Below are positions 51,198 to 61,241 of a stretch of DNA of 64,000 nucleotides, one piece after another (positions within the stretch are counted from its first letter, which is position 1; each line of letters begins with the position of its first letter). The DNA comes from Thermoplasmata archaeon. GTDB taxonomy: Archaea; Thermoplasmatota; Thermoplasmata; GCA-020350865. The notes under the pieces are model-generated. The model saw nothing but the letters and a program-made list of their open reading frames with translations, ran no database searches and was not told where the DNA came from. Both the position numbers and the translations under genes were made by a program. The stretch lies in NCBI GenBank assembly GCA_020348445.1, contig CP070751.1, positions 628,321 to 692,320 on the forward strand. The letters are read 5' to 3'.

Positions 51198-53903
51198 TTA
51201 CAGAGGGACCACCCACTCACATTTGGTTTTGGCGTGGATGTAGTATCCTCTTCCTATTTCGAAATTGTCTGTTGAGCCCATCTTTTCCCATTTTTGAATC
51301 ATGGAGTTAAATGTCCATATTGCATCCACATGCGTGTCGAAGGTGAGGTTGTTCAATCCTTCGGTTCTATTGTGTCTAGTTAGAGAGGGGTAACCAACCA
51401 TGTTCCAGCCAGAATGAAGGGTAATTGTTTTGTTTTCAGAAGGTTGGGTGCCGTTGTAGAGGAAAATCGTGTCTCCAGGTTGGGTGATGTGAATCCAGAA
51501 GCCCATGGATTCGTTTAACTTGAAGAGATCATTTCCATAAGGTTTCCCCACTTTGTAATGCTTCCAGGGATCATTATTGTCAGTGATATCATAGAATTGA
51601 ACAGCATCATACCAGCCGTCGATTGAACCGAGAACTCTTGTTAGGTTCTGTTCTTCTTGAATCAAAGGTATGGAGATGAGATTCCAGCCTTGTTTCAATA
51701 TTAAATAGTTATTAGGTGGTGTATGGGGATTCATAAGAGGGTAGTTATCTTGTGCTCCACCTCCTCCATATAAATTTGTGTAAGGTGTATCTCCAATTCC
51801 GTCACTACCTGAAATGTTCTGATTAGGACCTTTATTATTATCAATCCCACTGTAATCTGACCAATAATTCCCACCCCAGGGGTAGCCATTATCCCAGTTA
51901 TTATCACCTTGATCATCATAAGCTTGATTTGTGTTTGCTGTAAGATTATTGTGATAGACTCTATTATGCGATGCCATTCTGATATAGATACCATACAATT
52001 TATTCGAATTAACATCGTTGCATGTAATGCTGTTATTAGATGACTCGTAAATAAAAATACCATAATCACTTTTTGATACATTGTTTTTGGTAATTAAATT
52101 ATTATTGGACGGATATCCAGTAAAGATACCACTGCCATTTTTTGTTGACACATTATTGTTGATAATGGTATTATATGATGATAAGTAAAGATAGATTCCA
52201 CTGTTGTAAAGGCCATTATTACCATTATTCGACACATTGTTGCTAGTTATGTTATTATAAGAAGAGGTGAATAAGTAAATTCCGCTGTCAAAGAGACCAT
52301 TACGTCCGTTATTCAAAACATTATTATGAGAAATGTTGTTTGACATACCTTTATTTAAATAGAGACCTTGATAATCATTTGAATAAACATTGTTACTTAC
52401 AATTTGACTATTTGATAGCCATGTAAAATAGAGGCCGTACATATTGTTTAGAAATATCTCGTTATTTTTAATTGTAATATTTGATGAATAAGCAACAATA
52501 ATTCCAACATCGGTGTTATTTATCTGTAGATTTCTCACATCGAAACTGGTACAGTTAGCAAGAACGAGTTGTCCGATGGAAATTCCATTGATATCTGTAT
52601 TATTACTATCCTTATAATAAAACAAAGGTTTTCTGTTAACAAGATTGTTAGATGGAATAATGTGGGAATTAAAATCTCTAATTCCTCCTCCTGAGATTAC
52701 AATTCCATTATTGATGAATATGTTATTGTCTAAGGTATTGTTACTCGTGGTTTCAAGAGAAATTCCACAATTGTCATTATTCAATATATTATTATTGGAA
52801 ATATTACTATGACTAGATTGCCATGATATCATACCCTTATAATTCTTTGATACATTGTTGTGGGTTATATTATTGTAACGTGATTGTGAAAGGTGTATCC
52901 CGCACTCATCATTTAGTGAAATATTGTTATCAGAAATATTGTTGTAATGCGAGCTAGTACCGAGAACGATTCCATTATAATTTTGTGAAATATCGTTATT
53001 GCTTATGTTGTTTCTTTGAGAATATGAAAAATAAATTCCTGACCAATTATTTTGGATTATATAGTTGTCAGTAATGTTGTTGTCATCTGATTGCCAAAGC
53101 CTGATACCATTTAAGTTCATTGTTACATTATTGCTATGAATGCTGTTATTTGAAGAAAACCAGAGATAAATTCCCCTATCTTCATTCAATGTGACGATAT
53201 TTTCTGTGATTTTATTATTTGAAGAATCTTGAATTGAGATGCCATCTCCAACGCTCAATGACATATAGTTACCTAAGATGTTATTCTCACAAGAAAAAAA
53301 GAGATTTATACCGTGCCAATTATATGATCCATTGTTTTGTGTAATATTGTTCCCATTAGAATATGATAGAGAAATACCAATTGCTCTGTTGTGAGAGATA
53401 TTGTTGTTAAAGATTCTATTTTCACTAGAATATCGGAAAGAAATCCCGTCCTCGTTTCCCGAGATGTTATTATTGTATATACTACAGTTATGAACTGCAT
53501 AAAGGTCAATTCCCGCATCTCCACTAGTTTGACGACTGCCTGTGATGGTAAAACCAGTAATGTTTACCCAATCCACGTCTACGTAAACAACATCCCCAAT
53601 ACCGCTACCGTTAATTATCGTCGATTCACGATTTTCTCCTGTTAAATTCATCGTCTTATTTACTATCAAATATTCATAATAAATTCCACTATAAACAAAG
53701 ACAGTATCTCCCTCATCAGCGTTATCAATGGCCTCTTGTATACTAGTGTAATTCTCAGCTGGATTGCCGGGCCCCTCTCCAGGCTCATCGTCAACGTAGA
53801 TTATTGTGGAACCCATAATAACAGGTGCAACCTCAACCAAGATCACCACGAATCCAAACACCATCGCCAAGCTCAACCAGATTGCAGCTATCTTCCTGTT
53901 CAT
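51198..53903 (-). CDS. Large secreted NosD/CASH parallel beta-helix repeat protein
   Basis: IYVDD...YTSIQEAID, more than 20 N.I..N...GI repeats, GGNYWSDY, C-terminal GWNLISIPL/GWNMVGYP domain. Confidence 0.88.
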   Translation of the reverse strand: MNRKIAAIWLSLAMVFGFVVILVEVAPVIMGSTIIYVDDEPGEGPGNPAENYTSIQEAIDNADEGDTVFVYSGIYYEYLIVNKTMNLTGENRESTIINGSGIGDVVYVDVDWVNITGFTITGSRQTSGDAGIDLYAVHNCSIYNNNISGNEDGISFRYSSENRIFNNNISHNRAIGISLSYSNGNNITQNNGSYNWHGINLFFSCENNILGNYMSLSVGDGISIQDSSNNKITENIVTLNEDRGIYLWFSSNNSIHSNNVTMNLNGIRLWQSDDNNITDNYIIQNNWSGIYFSYSQRNNISNNDISQNYNGIVLGTSSHYNNISDNNISLNDECGIHLSQSRYNNITHNNVSKNYKGMISWQSSHSNISNNNILNNDNCGISLETTSNNTLDNNIFINNGIVISGGGIRDFNSHIIPSNNLVNRKPLFYYKDSNNTDINGISIGQLVLANCTSFDVRNLQINNTDVGIIVAYSSNITIKNNEIFLNNMYGLYFTWLSNSQIVSNNVYSNDYQGLYLNKGMSNNISHNNVLNNGRNGLFDSGIYLFTSSYNNITSNNVSNNGNNGLYNSGIYLYLSSYNTIINNNVSTKNGSGIFTGYPSNNNLITKNNVSKSDYGIFIYESSNNSITCNDVNSNKLYGIYIRMASHNRVYHNNLTANTNQAYDDQGDNNWDNGYPWGGNYWSDYSGIDNNKGPNQNISGSDGIGDTPYTNLYGGGGAQDNYPLMNPHTPPNNYLILKQGWNLISIPLIQEEQNLTRVLGSIDGWYDAVQFYDITDNNDPWKHYKVGKPYGNDLFKLNESMGFWIHITQPGDTIFLYNGTQPSENKTITLHSGWNMVGYPSLTRHNRTEGLNNLTFDTHVDAIWTFNSMIQKWEKMGSTDNFEIGRGYYIHAKTKCEWVVPL

Positions 53904-54041
53904 CGACGATATTTATACTTTCTGGAGGATATAAACGTTCCATGGTTATAACCATGTTTTACACCAGAAGGCCGAGGGAAATACTTTCACCAAGCCCTCC
54001 ACAATACCCTTTTAAGCAGAAAAACCAATTACCATCTTGGA

Positions 54042-55367
54042 GTGGATATACTGAGGGCTGTGATGGATGAAGCAATTGAAAAAGGCTACCTCTCAAATCA
54101 TTCCGGAGATTACTCCAGTAGGTGTATACTGTGCAGGGGCACCAAGATGTTCTGTGGAAAGGATAGATGCCCTATCATAGTGAAGATGTACTCCAAGATG
54201 AGGACCGCACCCTTGTTTGATACTCTTTCTTTGGAAGGCTCCTCTCCGCCAAGTGTCTTTGTGGGAAGGTTCGGGTATCCCAAGGTGAACATAGGTCCCA
54301 TGATCCCTCCGGTGCACGGGGATACATCCGAAATGGACACACCCGAACTTTGGATTGGAAAAGAGATTGATGACATAGTGGATTTCAGAAGCCAGCTTGT
54401 CAGGGGTAAATTTGCAGTGGATATTTTTGATGTTGAAAGCACTAATAGAATCGTTGAGATCACGAGGGAAATGGCCCTGGCAAAGGAATCACCAACAGTG
54501 GATGCACAGTTTCTTAAAAGGCCCTATGGAAAAATCGCCCTCTCGGATGAGATTCAACCCCATGGTCCCTCTGCCCCCCTGAGAAGGTTGGATGTTGACA
54601 ATATCAAATTCGAGTTTAAAATAGAGAAGGCCTATTACGATACAGACCTGAAGGCAAGAGATGCTGTTTTGGGACTTTATGAAGATAAAGTTCTTGTCTC
54701 CAAGATACAGAAGGCCTTCAGTGTAGGGGCTTTTGGAGAAGGTAAGAGAAGAAAATTCGTTCCAACAAGATGGAGCATAACAGCAGTGGACTCCATGCTC
54801 GGGGAGCACATGATGAATTTCACCAAGACCTACCCATGGATAAACGAATACAGAATATATGAATCCTATCACCTGGATAATAGATGGGTAATTTTCATGA
54901 TGCCTACGGAGTGGTGCTACGAACTCATAGAGGCATGGTATCCCAATACAGCCTGGAATCTTTTTGGTAAGGGAATCAGCATGTTCAACAGCTATGAATT
55001 TCACGAGGGTAGAACCACATATGCAGAAATTGGAGGGTGCTATTACGCAGCAAGACTAGCAGTAAATGAGAAGTTAAATGAGGAGCGAAGGCAGGCAGGT
55101 GTGGTTGTTCTCAGGGAGGCTCATCCAGGATATATTTTACCTGTTGGAGTATGGAATGTGAGAGAGAACGTTAGAGCAGCCCTAAGAAACAAACCCAGAA
55201 AGTTCAATACAATAAAAGAAACAATGAATTACATCTCCTCTAAGATGGACATACCGATTGCTAGATGGATAAAAAACAGCGCGGTTCTGAAACACAGGCT
55301 CTACCAAAGAAAATTGGAGGATTTTTTTGACACACCAAACAAGGCAAATGAATGTGAAGGTAACTGA
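54042..55367 (+). CDS. nreA: Nre family DNA repair protein
   Basis: CILCRGTKMFCGKDRCP, GSSPPSVFVG, VPTRWSITAVD, GGCYYAAR, C-terminal PIP box QRKLEDFF. Confidence 0.92.
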   Translation: MDILRAVMDEAIEKGYLSNHSGDYSSRCILCRGTKMFCGKDRCPIIVKMYSKMRTAPLFDTLSLEGSSPPSVFVGRFGYPKVNIGPMIPPVHGDTSEMDTPELWIGKEIDDIVDFRSQLVRGKFAVDIFDVESTNRIVEITREMALAKESPTVDAQFLKRPYGKIALSDEIQPHGPSAPLRRLDVDNIKFEFKIEKAYYDTDLKARDAVLGLYEDKVLVSKIQKAFSVGAFGEGKRRKFVPTRWSITAVDSMLGEHMMNFTKTYPWINEYRIYESYHLDNRWVIFMMPTEWCYELIEAWYPNTAWNLFGKGISMFNSYEFHEGRTTYAEIGGCYYAARLAVNEKLNEERRQAGVVVLREAHPGYILPVGVWNVRENVRAALRNKPRKFNTIKETMNYISSKMDIPIARWIKNSAVLKHRLYQRKLEDFFDTPNKANECEGN

Positions 55368-56154
55368 GGTAAAATGCCTAACTGCTCTTTCTCAATCTCG
55401 CCTTCCTGGTTTTGATTATTCCTTAAATCCATATAAGGGCTGTGCACATGGATGCAGGTACTGTTATGCCCCGAACATAGTTAGAGTTTCAAGAAAAGAT
55501 TGGGGAAAATTTGTTCAGGTTAAAAGAAACATTCCCAAGGTGCTAGCATCGGAGTTGAAAAACAAAAATGAGGGTGTAGTAGGTATATCAACCACAACAG
55601 ACCCCTATCAACCCCTGGAAAAAAAATACAAACTTACCCGATACTGTCTTGAACAGCTTTTGAGATACGATTTTCCAGTGAGCATCATAACAAAATCCTC
55701 ACTTGTCACAAGAGATATCGATATTCTTAAAGAGTTTTCCGACGCCGAGGTTGGTTTTACAATCACAACTAGAAATGACAAAGAGAGAAAGATAATGGAA
55801 CCTTTTGCTTCTTCCATCGAATCCAGAATCCAGGCATTTGAAGAATGCGTAGAAAATGGTATTATGACATATGCATTTTTAGGCCCACTTTATCCAACCG
55901 CAACTAAAGAGGATCTTATAGTTCTTATTGATAAATTGAAGGATGCTGGAGCATCGAAGATAATGGCAGATAAGCTCAATTTGAAACCTGGTGTGTGGGA
56001 TTCCGTGTATGAAGGTATCAAGGATGATTTCGTAAATTGCCGCATCTGGAAGGAATCTATATTGGGGGATAGCAACGATTATGATAGCCTTTTTTTACAT
56101 CTTAAAAATATCTCCAGTGAAAACGATCTTGAGTTCGAAATGCAGGATTACTGA
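55348..56154 (+). CDS. SPL-family radical SAM protein (DNA repair photolyase-like)
   Basis: NPYKGCAHGCRYCYA, STTTDPYQP, ITKS, RDIDIL. Confidence 0.88.
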   Translation: MNVKVTEVKCLTALSQSRLPGFDYSLNPYKGCAHGCRYCYAPNIVRVSRKDWGKFVQVKRNIPKVLASELKNKNEGVVGISTTTDPYQPLEKKYKLTRYCLEQLLRYDFPVSIITKSSLVTRDIDILKEFSDAEVGFTITTRNDKERKIMEPFASSIESRIQAFEECVENGIMTYAFLGPLYPTATKEDLIVLIDKLKDAGASKIMADKLNLKPGVWDSVYEGIKDDFVNCRIWKESILGDSNDYDSLFLHLKNISSENDLEFEMQDY

Positions 56155-56374
56155 GTGCGCATAGGCCGAAACCTTTATTAAATCCTATAGTTACCCTTTA
56201 AAACGAGCGTTATCACTTTTGAAATTCGTTTAGAGAAACACATTTTTTCGAAGATAAGAAGAAATTCGAATTCCGGTTTTTTAGACCTTGCTAAATCACC
56301 TTTGAAATTCACGTGTGAATCTCGGGTCACTTATTATTTATATCATCTGGGACATGAATTTTATAAAGGTGATC

Positions 56375-56635
56375 ATGCCAATGAAAGCAGTAGAAGTATC
56401 CGATGAAATCGTGTGTCGCTTCTGCAATCTGAACGGTGGTTTGGAAGCGGCAATGCCGTTTATAGCTTATCAATTTAAACGAGTTGGGGCAGACTTTTCA
56501 GATCCCACAAAGGAACAGCTAAAAGACATAGTTGAGGGTTTGCTGGCGCTTCTTGTCGGCTGCAAACCTCCAGATGTTGTGGAGAGGGAAAGGAGAATAA
56601 TGCTCCGATGGATCGATAATATTGAGCCCACATGA
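56375..56635 (+). CDS. Small hypothetical protein
   Basis: AAGGTGA RBS before ATG; 86 aa helical ORF. Confidence 0.55.
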   Translation: MPMKAVEVSDEIVCRFCNLNGGLEAAMPFIAYQFKRVGADFSDPTKEQLKDIVEGLLALLVGCKPPDVVERERRIMLRWIDNIEPT

Positions 56636-56873
56636 TCGTCGCGATTAAGCGGGTATTTCGGCGCACCTCTCATCAAGCGATCCCTCACCTCTTAGATATA
56701 AAAAAAGGAAACTAGGCGCCCAAATAACCCGTTATTTATTTTTTTTAATGTAGATTTATTCATACTTTTCAATTTAGCCAAAGCCATAAATTCTATAAAC
56801 ACATACCACAATGCAATTGTCAGAGTCATTATCTGATGACGATCATGTAAGACGCAAGGAGGCGAGAATTACC

Positions 56874-57566
56874 ATGCTGGGTGTAATAGGCGGTGTAGGA
56901 TTCTTCGAGGAGGCATTCAAGAATACCGAGGGAGAGGAAATCGACACTCCCTTTGGAACCACACACATGTTCTTATCTGAGAATATCGCTTTTGTCCCGA
57001 GGCATGGCATACAAAGTAATGTCCCCCCTCATAAAATAAATCACAGAGCAAATATCATTGCTTTCAGAACAAAGGGAATCTCTAAGATCATCGGGGTGAA
57101 CTCTGTTGGCAGTCTCAAAACGGATATTAGCCCCCTATCTATTCTCATCCCTCATGACTACATCAATTTTTGGAATATCGCTACATATTTCGATGACAAA
57201 ATCGTTCATATTGTACCGCAACTCGATGAAAATCTCAGACAAATGCTCCTCTCTCTTTCTGAGAAATATGGATTAGAGGTCGTGAAAAACGGTGTCTACA
57301 TTCAAACCACAGGACCGCGATTGGAGACCAAAGCAGAAATTAAAATGCTTACTAGCTTTGGGGATATGGTTGGCATGACCATGGCCAGTGAGGCAACACT
57401 TACCAAGGAGATGGAGATTGCGTACGCCAGTATCTGCTCTGTAGATAACTATGCCCATGGCATAACAGATGAACCCCTGAAGTCCGAGACCATCATAAAG
57501 AATGCAAGGGAAAACAGCATAAGAATAAGAGATTTCCTTTTCAAAGCAGCAGGGGAATTTGAATGA
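56874..57566 (+). CDS. mtaP: MTAP-family purine nucleoside phosphorylase (methylthioadenosine/methylthioinosine)
   Basis: GVIGGVG, PRHG, PPHKINHRAN, GPRLET, GMTMASE, VDNYAHG. Confidence 0.9.
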   Translation: MLGVIGGVGFFEEAFKNTEGEEIDTPFGTTHMFLSENIAFVPRHGIQSNVPPHKINHRANIIAFRTKGISKIIGVNSVGSLKTDISPLSILIPHDYINFWNIATYFDDKIVHIVPQLDENLRQMLLSLSEKYGLEVVKNGVYIQTTGPRLETKAEIKMLTSFGDMVGMTMASEATLTKEMEIAYASICSVDNYAHGITDEPLKSETIIKNARENSIRIRDFLFKAAGEFE

Positions 57567-58831
57567 GCATTCTAATAGAAAATGTGCAGTTCAATAACAA
57601 AGAAATTGACATCTATATAGAAGGGAATTTAATATCAGAAATCGGGGATGTGAACGTTGAAGCAGAGCATGTCATAGACGGCAAGAGTAAAGCTGCAATA
57701 CCAGGCCTTGTAAATACCCATACACATGCAGCTATGACACTTTTGCGCAGCTACGCAGATGATATGGCTTTACAAGAGTGGTTATCTACAAAAATATGGC
57801 CTGTCGAGGCCAATATAACAAAGGATGATATTTATTGGGGAACTAAATTGGCCTGTCTTGAGATGATCAAATCTGGAACAATCATGTTCAACGACATGTA
57901 CTATCACGGGGAAATAGCTGCAAAGGCAGTAAAGGAGATGGGCATCAGGGGGGTTCTATCCGAGGTTTTTTTTGATATGTTCGATGAAACCAAGGGGGAA
58001 AAGGGTAAAAAGAAGGTAATAAAAGGGATCGAGGAGCTCAAACAATTTAAAAGCGAAAGGGTAATACCAGCACTTGGACCTCATACCATATACACCGTAT
58101 CAGGTGAGGGATTGCAGTGGATGCGTGAATTTGCAGATAAGCACGACCTCCTCATGCATTTTCACCTGGCAGAATCGAAGAAGGAGAACGAGGATTTTGT
58201 AAAAAAGCAGGGTATGCGGCCAGTACCGTATTTAGAAAAAATTGGATTTCTCTGTGAGAATTTAGTAGCAACCCACTGTGTGTGGCTTGATAAGAAGGAC
58301 ATGGAAATTTTAGCTAGGCATAAAGTGAAGATATCCCATAATCCAGTATCCAATATGAAACTTGCAGTTGGTGCAATGCTTCCTTACAATGATCTGATAT
58401 CAGCAGGATGTCACGTGTCCCTAGGTACTGATGGATGTGCATCCAACAATAACCTTGACATATTCGAATCCATGAAATTCGCAGCTTTGGGCCAGAAGAT
58501 GTTCACCTCGGATCCCACCACACTTTCGGCAAGTGAGGTTTTAAAAATGGCAACAAAATCCGGAGCTGAGGCCCTAAGAACCAATGGCGGGGAGATTGCG
58601 GAAGGAATGCTTGCAGATATCCTCCTTTTAAACCTAAAGGACCCCGCATTCACACCTAATCATAATTTAATATCAAATATCGTTTACTCGGCAAATAGCT
58701 CCTGTGTTGACACCACAATATGCGACGGTAAAATACTTATGCGGGGCAGAAAGGTGGAGGGTGAAGACACAATTTTAAGTAAAGCAAATGAAATTGCCGC
58801 TGATTTAGTCCAAAGGAGCCTAAATAAGTAG
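57563..58831 (+). CDS. mtaD: 5'-methylthioadenosine/S-adenosylhomocysteine (5'-deoxyadenosine) deaminase
   Basis: NTHTHAAM, GPHTIYT, HFHLAES, ATHCV, SNMKLA, GTDGCASNNNLD. Confidence 0.9.
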   Translation: MSILIENVQFNNKEIDIYIEGNLISEIGDVNVEAEHVIDGKSKAAIPGLVNTHTHAAMTLLRSYADDMALQEWLSTKIWPVEANITKDDIYWGTKLACLEMIKSGTIMFNDMYYHGEIAAKAVKEMGIRGVLSEVFFDMFDETKGEKGKKKVIKGIEELKQFKSERVIPALGPHTIYTVSGEGLQWMREFADKHDLLMHFHLAESKKENEDFVKKQGMRPVPYLEKIGFLCENLVATHCVWLDKKDMEILARHKVKISHNPVSNMKLAVGAMLPYNDLISAGCHVSLGTDGCASNNNLDIFESMKFAALGQKMFTSDPTTLSASEVLKMATKSGAEALRTNGGEIAEGMLADILLLNLKDPAFTPNHNLISNIVYSANSSCVDTTICDGKILMRGRKVEGEDTILSKANEIAADLVQRSLNK

Positions 58832-58937
58832 CCAGGACATTACTATCTAATAAGATACTGTATCAATAAAACTTAAAATATAGAAAATGGATATACGAGG
58901 GAGAACTCAACCAAAAGAACACATGGGAGGTCGAAGT

Positions 58938-59432
58938 ATGAGCGACACTGAAAAAATGATAGTAAAAGCCAAGGAGCACCTGAATAATGGAGAGTTTGAA
59001 AAGGCAGCTAAGATGTTCGACAAGGTGATAAAGGCAGAACCAGCAAGTTCTGTGGGATATTTTGGAAAGGCTGAAGCGTCTATAGGTGTAACCAAGTTCT
59101 CAATGGTTGAGGTGGCTCAGTTGTATAAAAAGGCTATCGAGCTCGAGCCCGATAATCCATTCTACTATAAGAGTTACGGTGATTTCTGCCTCGACAATGG
59201 CCTTCTAACCCAAGCAGAGGAGGCATATACCAGCGCAATAAAACTCGATCCCGAGGGTGCGAGGTTCTATTATTCGGATTTGGCCATTGGATACTACAAC
59301 AGCGGGATGCTCTTTCCCGAAAGGCAGCTGAATATGACGGAAGATGATATCGCAAGAAAAGCCCTTCATTACTCGCTAAAGGCATTGGATATGGATGAAA
59401 AAAGGGCCATGGATATCCTTTCAAAGAAATAA
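58938..59432 (+). CDS. TPR repeat protein
   Basis: Repeated A..Y.KAI.L.P helical pairs. Confidence 0.8.
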   Translation: MSDTEKMIVKAKEHLNNGEFEKAAKMFDKVIKAEPASSVGYFGKAEASIGVTKFSMVEVAQLYKKAIELEPDNPFYYKSYGDFCLDNGLLTQAEEAYTSAIKLDPEGARFYYSDLAIGYYNSGMLFPERQLNMTEDDIARKALHYSLKALDMDEKRAMDILSKK

Positions 59433-59490
59433 TATTATCATATGAGAATCATATCCTTAATTCGAAAAGGATGGAATAGGAGGTGAAGGT

Positions 59491-60537
59491 ATGGGCGTTG
59501 ACATGAAAAAGATTTATGCGAAGGTGGCTGAGAGTAAACAGGCCATAAATAGGGGTGCATTCGTCAAAGTGAGCGGCAACGGTGCCGTGTTGGGGATAAA
59601 CGGCAATAAAGAGAAGGTAGCAAATTATGTGAAGAATCTTTATGCAAAACAATCCGACGTTATAGAATTTAACAAATTGGCCGACACTGAGTTGAGCAAG
59701 TACCATCTAATTGTGATAGGATCCCATGATAAAAAGAGTCCTCTAAGCGGTAGACTAAAGAAGTACATCGAGGACGGAGGATCCATGGTCACCACGGGAA
59801 GATGCCTTGAGAGCATCATTTCAGAGCTGTTTCCGAATACCGTTGTCCCTGAAAAACAGGAGATAAAAGCCGGGGCATTCAAAGGTGAAATCTCCAACAT
59901 AAACCACCCATTCATAAGGGGTGTGGACACGAAGAAGACATTGAAATTCTGGGTAGAGGAAAAATCTCATCCTATCAAGAGTGTAAGGCCTGTTACTGAG
60001 AACATCATTACATCTAAAAAACTAGAAAAGAAATATGGATCTGGTGCGTTGTTTGTGGCATTCAAACATGGAGCAGGCATGGTGGTGCATATATTGCCTA
60101 AATTACATTCCCCCAAATCCAATGAGGGAGCACATATCGTAAGTGCCCATGTGCTTTCAAATATACTAGATGAATCTGTGATAAAGGCGATCCCTGATGA
60201 GATTAAAAGCCCCACAGAAACTACGCAGATGGCCTATGTTAATGTGGTAGTAATAGATGATCCATCAAAAAAATGTGTCTTCTGCGGAAGCACCTTTGCA
60301 GATTACAAGGACAAAGTCTATAGATGCAATTCATGCAACACCCATTACCACGAGTTCTGCATCGAGCAGCAGCTCGCAAGAGACGGAACGTGCACGGGGT
60401 GCGGCAGGCTTTTAATATTTGAGAAGTACAAAGGTCACATGGAAGCGGCCATGGCTCCTCCACAATTCATACCGCCTGAACCACCATCTGAGCCTGAAAA
60501 AAAGAAAGAGGAAATCCCCCCTCCTCCGCCTAAATAA
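59491..60537 (+). CDS. Hypothetical protein: GATase-like domain plus C4HC3 RING/PHD-like finger plus Pro-rich tail
   Basis: YIEDGGSMVTTG; CVFC-x13-CNSC-x4-H-x2-C-x10-CTGC; terminal PPPPPK. Confidence 0.7.
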   Translation: MGVDMKKIYAKVAESKQAINRGAFVKVSGNGAVLGINGNKEKVANYVKNLYAKQSDVIEFNKLADTELSKYHLIVIGSHDKKSPLSGRLKKYIEDGGSMVTTGRCLESIISELFPNTVVPEKQEIKAGAFKGEISNINHPFIRGVDTKKTLKFWVEEKSHPIKSVRPVTENIITSKKLEKKYGSGALFVAFKHGAGMVVHILPKLHSPKSNEGAHIVSAHVLSNILDESVIKAIPDEIKSPTETTQMAYVNVVVIDDPSKKCVFCGSTFADYKDKVYRCNSCNTHYHEFCIEQQLARDGTCTGCGRLLIFEKYKGHMEAAMAPPQFIPPEPPSEPEKKKEEIPPPPPK

Positions 60538-60542
60538 CTGCT

Positions 60543-61076
60543 TCATAGAAGTTGGTCTATCATCGAGGATAGGTCTTCATAAGTTGTAATACCCACTTTC
60601 TCATATCGTATATTCCCTTGTTTATCGATAAGAACCAATTTTGGGATGTTACTAATTGAATAGTCCTGCTCAACATCACCTGTTCTATCAATTGCATATA
60701 TCCAATCCTCGCCCCAATCTATACTGAAATTATATAGCGTCATATCTGACTCAGATTCGTCTGTATCGATTGAGATTATCTGGACTTCACTTTCACTATA
60801 ATTGTAGTATACATCTTTTAAGTGAATCATCTCACTTTTGCATGGCCCGCACCATGTGGCCATGAAATCCAGGATAACCACCTTTCCTTCAAAATCGGAT
60901 AGACTAAATTCCACTTTGTCTATAGAAGTTAATGTGAAGCCTGGTGCAGACCCCAGATCAGGTAGCTCCTCTTCCTCCTCTTCTTCCTCGTCCTTTTCAT
61001 CCTCCTCTGTACATCCCGTTGCCAGCGAGACTAGGATTATGATTGTTATAATACCAACAAATACCAGTTTCTTCAT
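60543..61076 (-). CDS. TlpA/AhpC-TSA thioredoxin-like lipoprotein
   Basis: Lipobox LATGC, poly-Glu linker, APGFTL, FMATWCGPC. Confidence 0.88.
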   Translation of the reverse strand: MKKLVFVGIITIIILVSLATGCTEEDEKDEEEEEEEELPDLGSAPGFTLTSIDKVEFSLSDFEGKVVILDFMATWCGPCKSEMIHLKDVYYNYSESEVQIISIDTDESESDMTLYNFSIDWGEDWIYAIDRTGDVEQDYSISNIPKLVLIDKQGNIRYEKVGITTYEDLSSMIDQLL

Positions 61077-61241
61077 ATTATTACACCAAGATTGAAATAT
61101 ATTTTTACGGTATTAATACTTTATGCAGGTTCACTCGATAAAAAGATAGATTTATAGCAAATATCCCCTTCAAAGGAGAAAGTAATTTATGTTTTTAATA
61201 TCATGATGCGTCTCGTTGAATAACAATAATATATAAGAGGT

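Noticed and set aside
50828-51243. Overlapping small ORFs after rps27ae
   Set aside because: The region is explained by the intron-containing tRNA-Arg
51198-53903. Asn-rich repeats as a DNA tandem repeat or variable locus
   Set aside because: Periodicity is at protein level (beta-helix coils) with diverged codons; no DGR template/variable repeat pair or RT seen
56655-56741. Long imperfect hairpin (CGGGTATTT-CGGCGC...GGCGCC-CAAATAACCCG) as ncRNA
   Set aside because: It follows a stop codon and precedes a T-tract, so a terminator region is simpler; no further support
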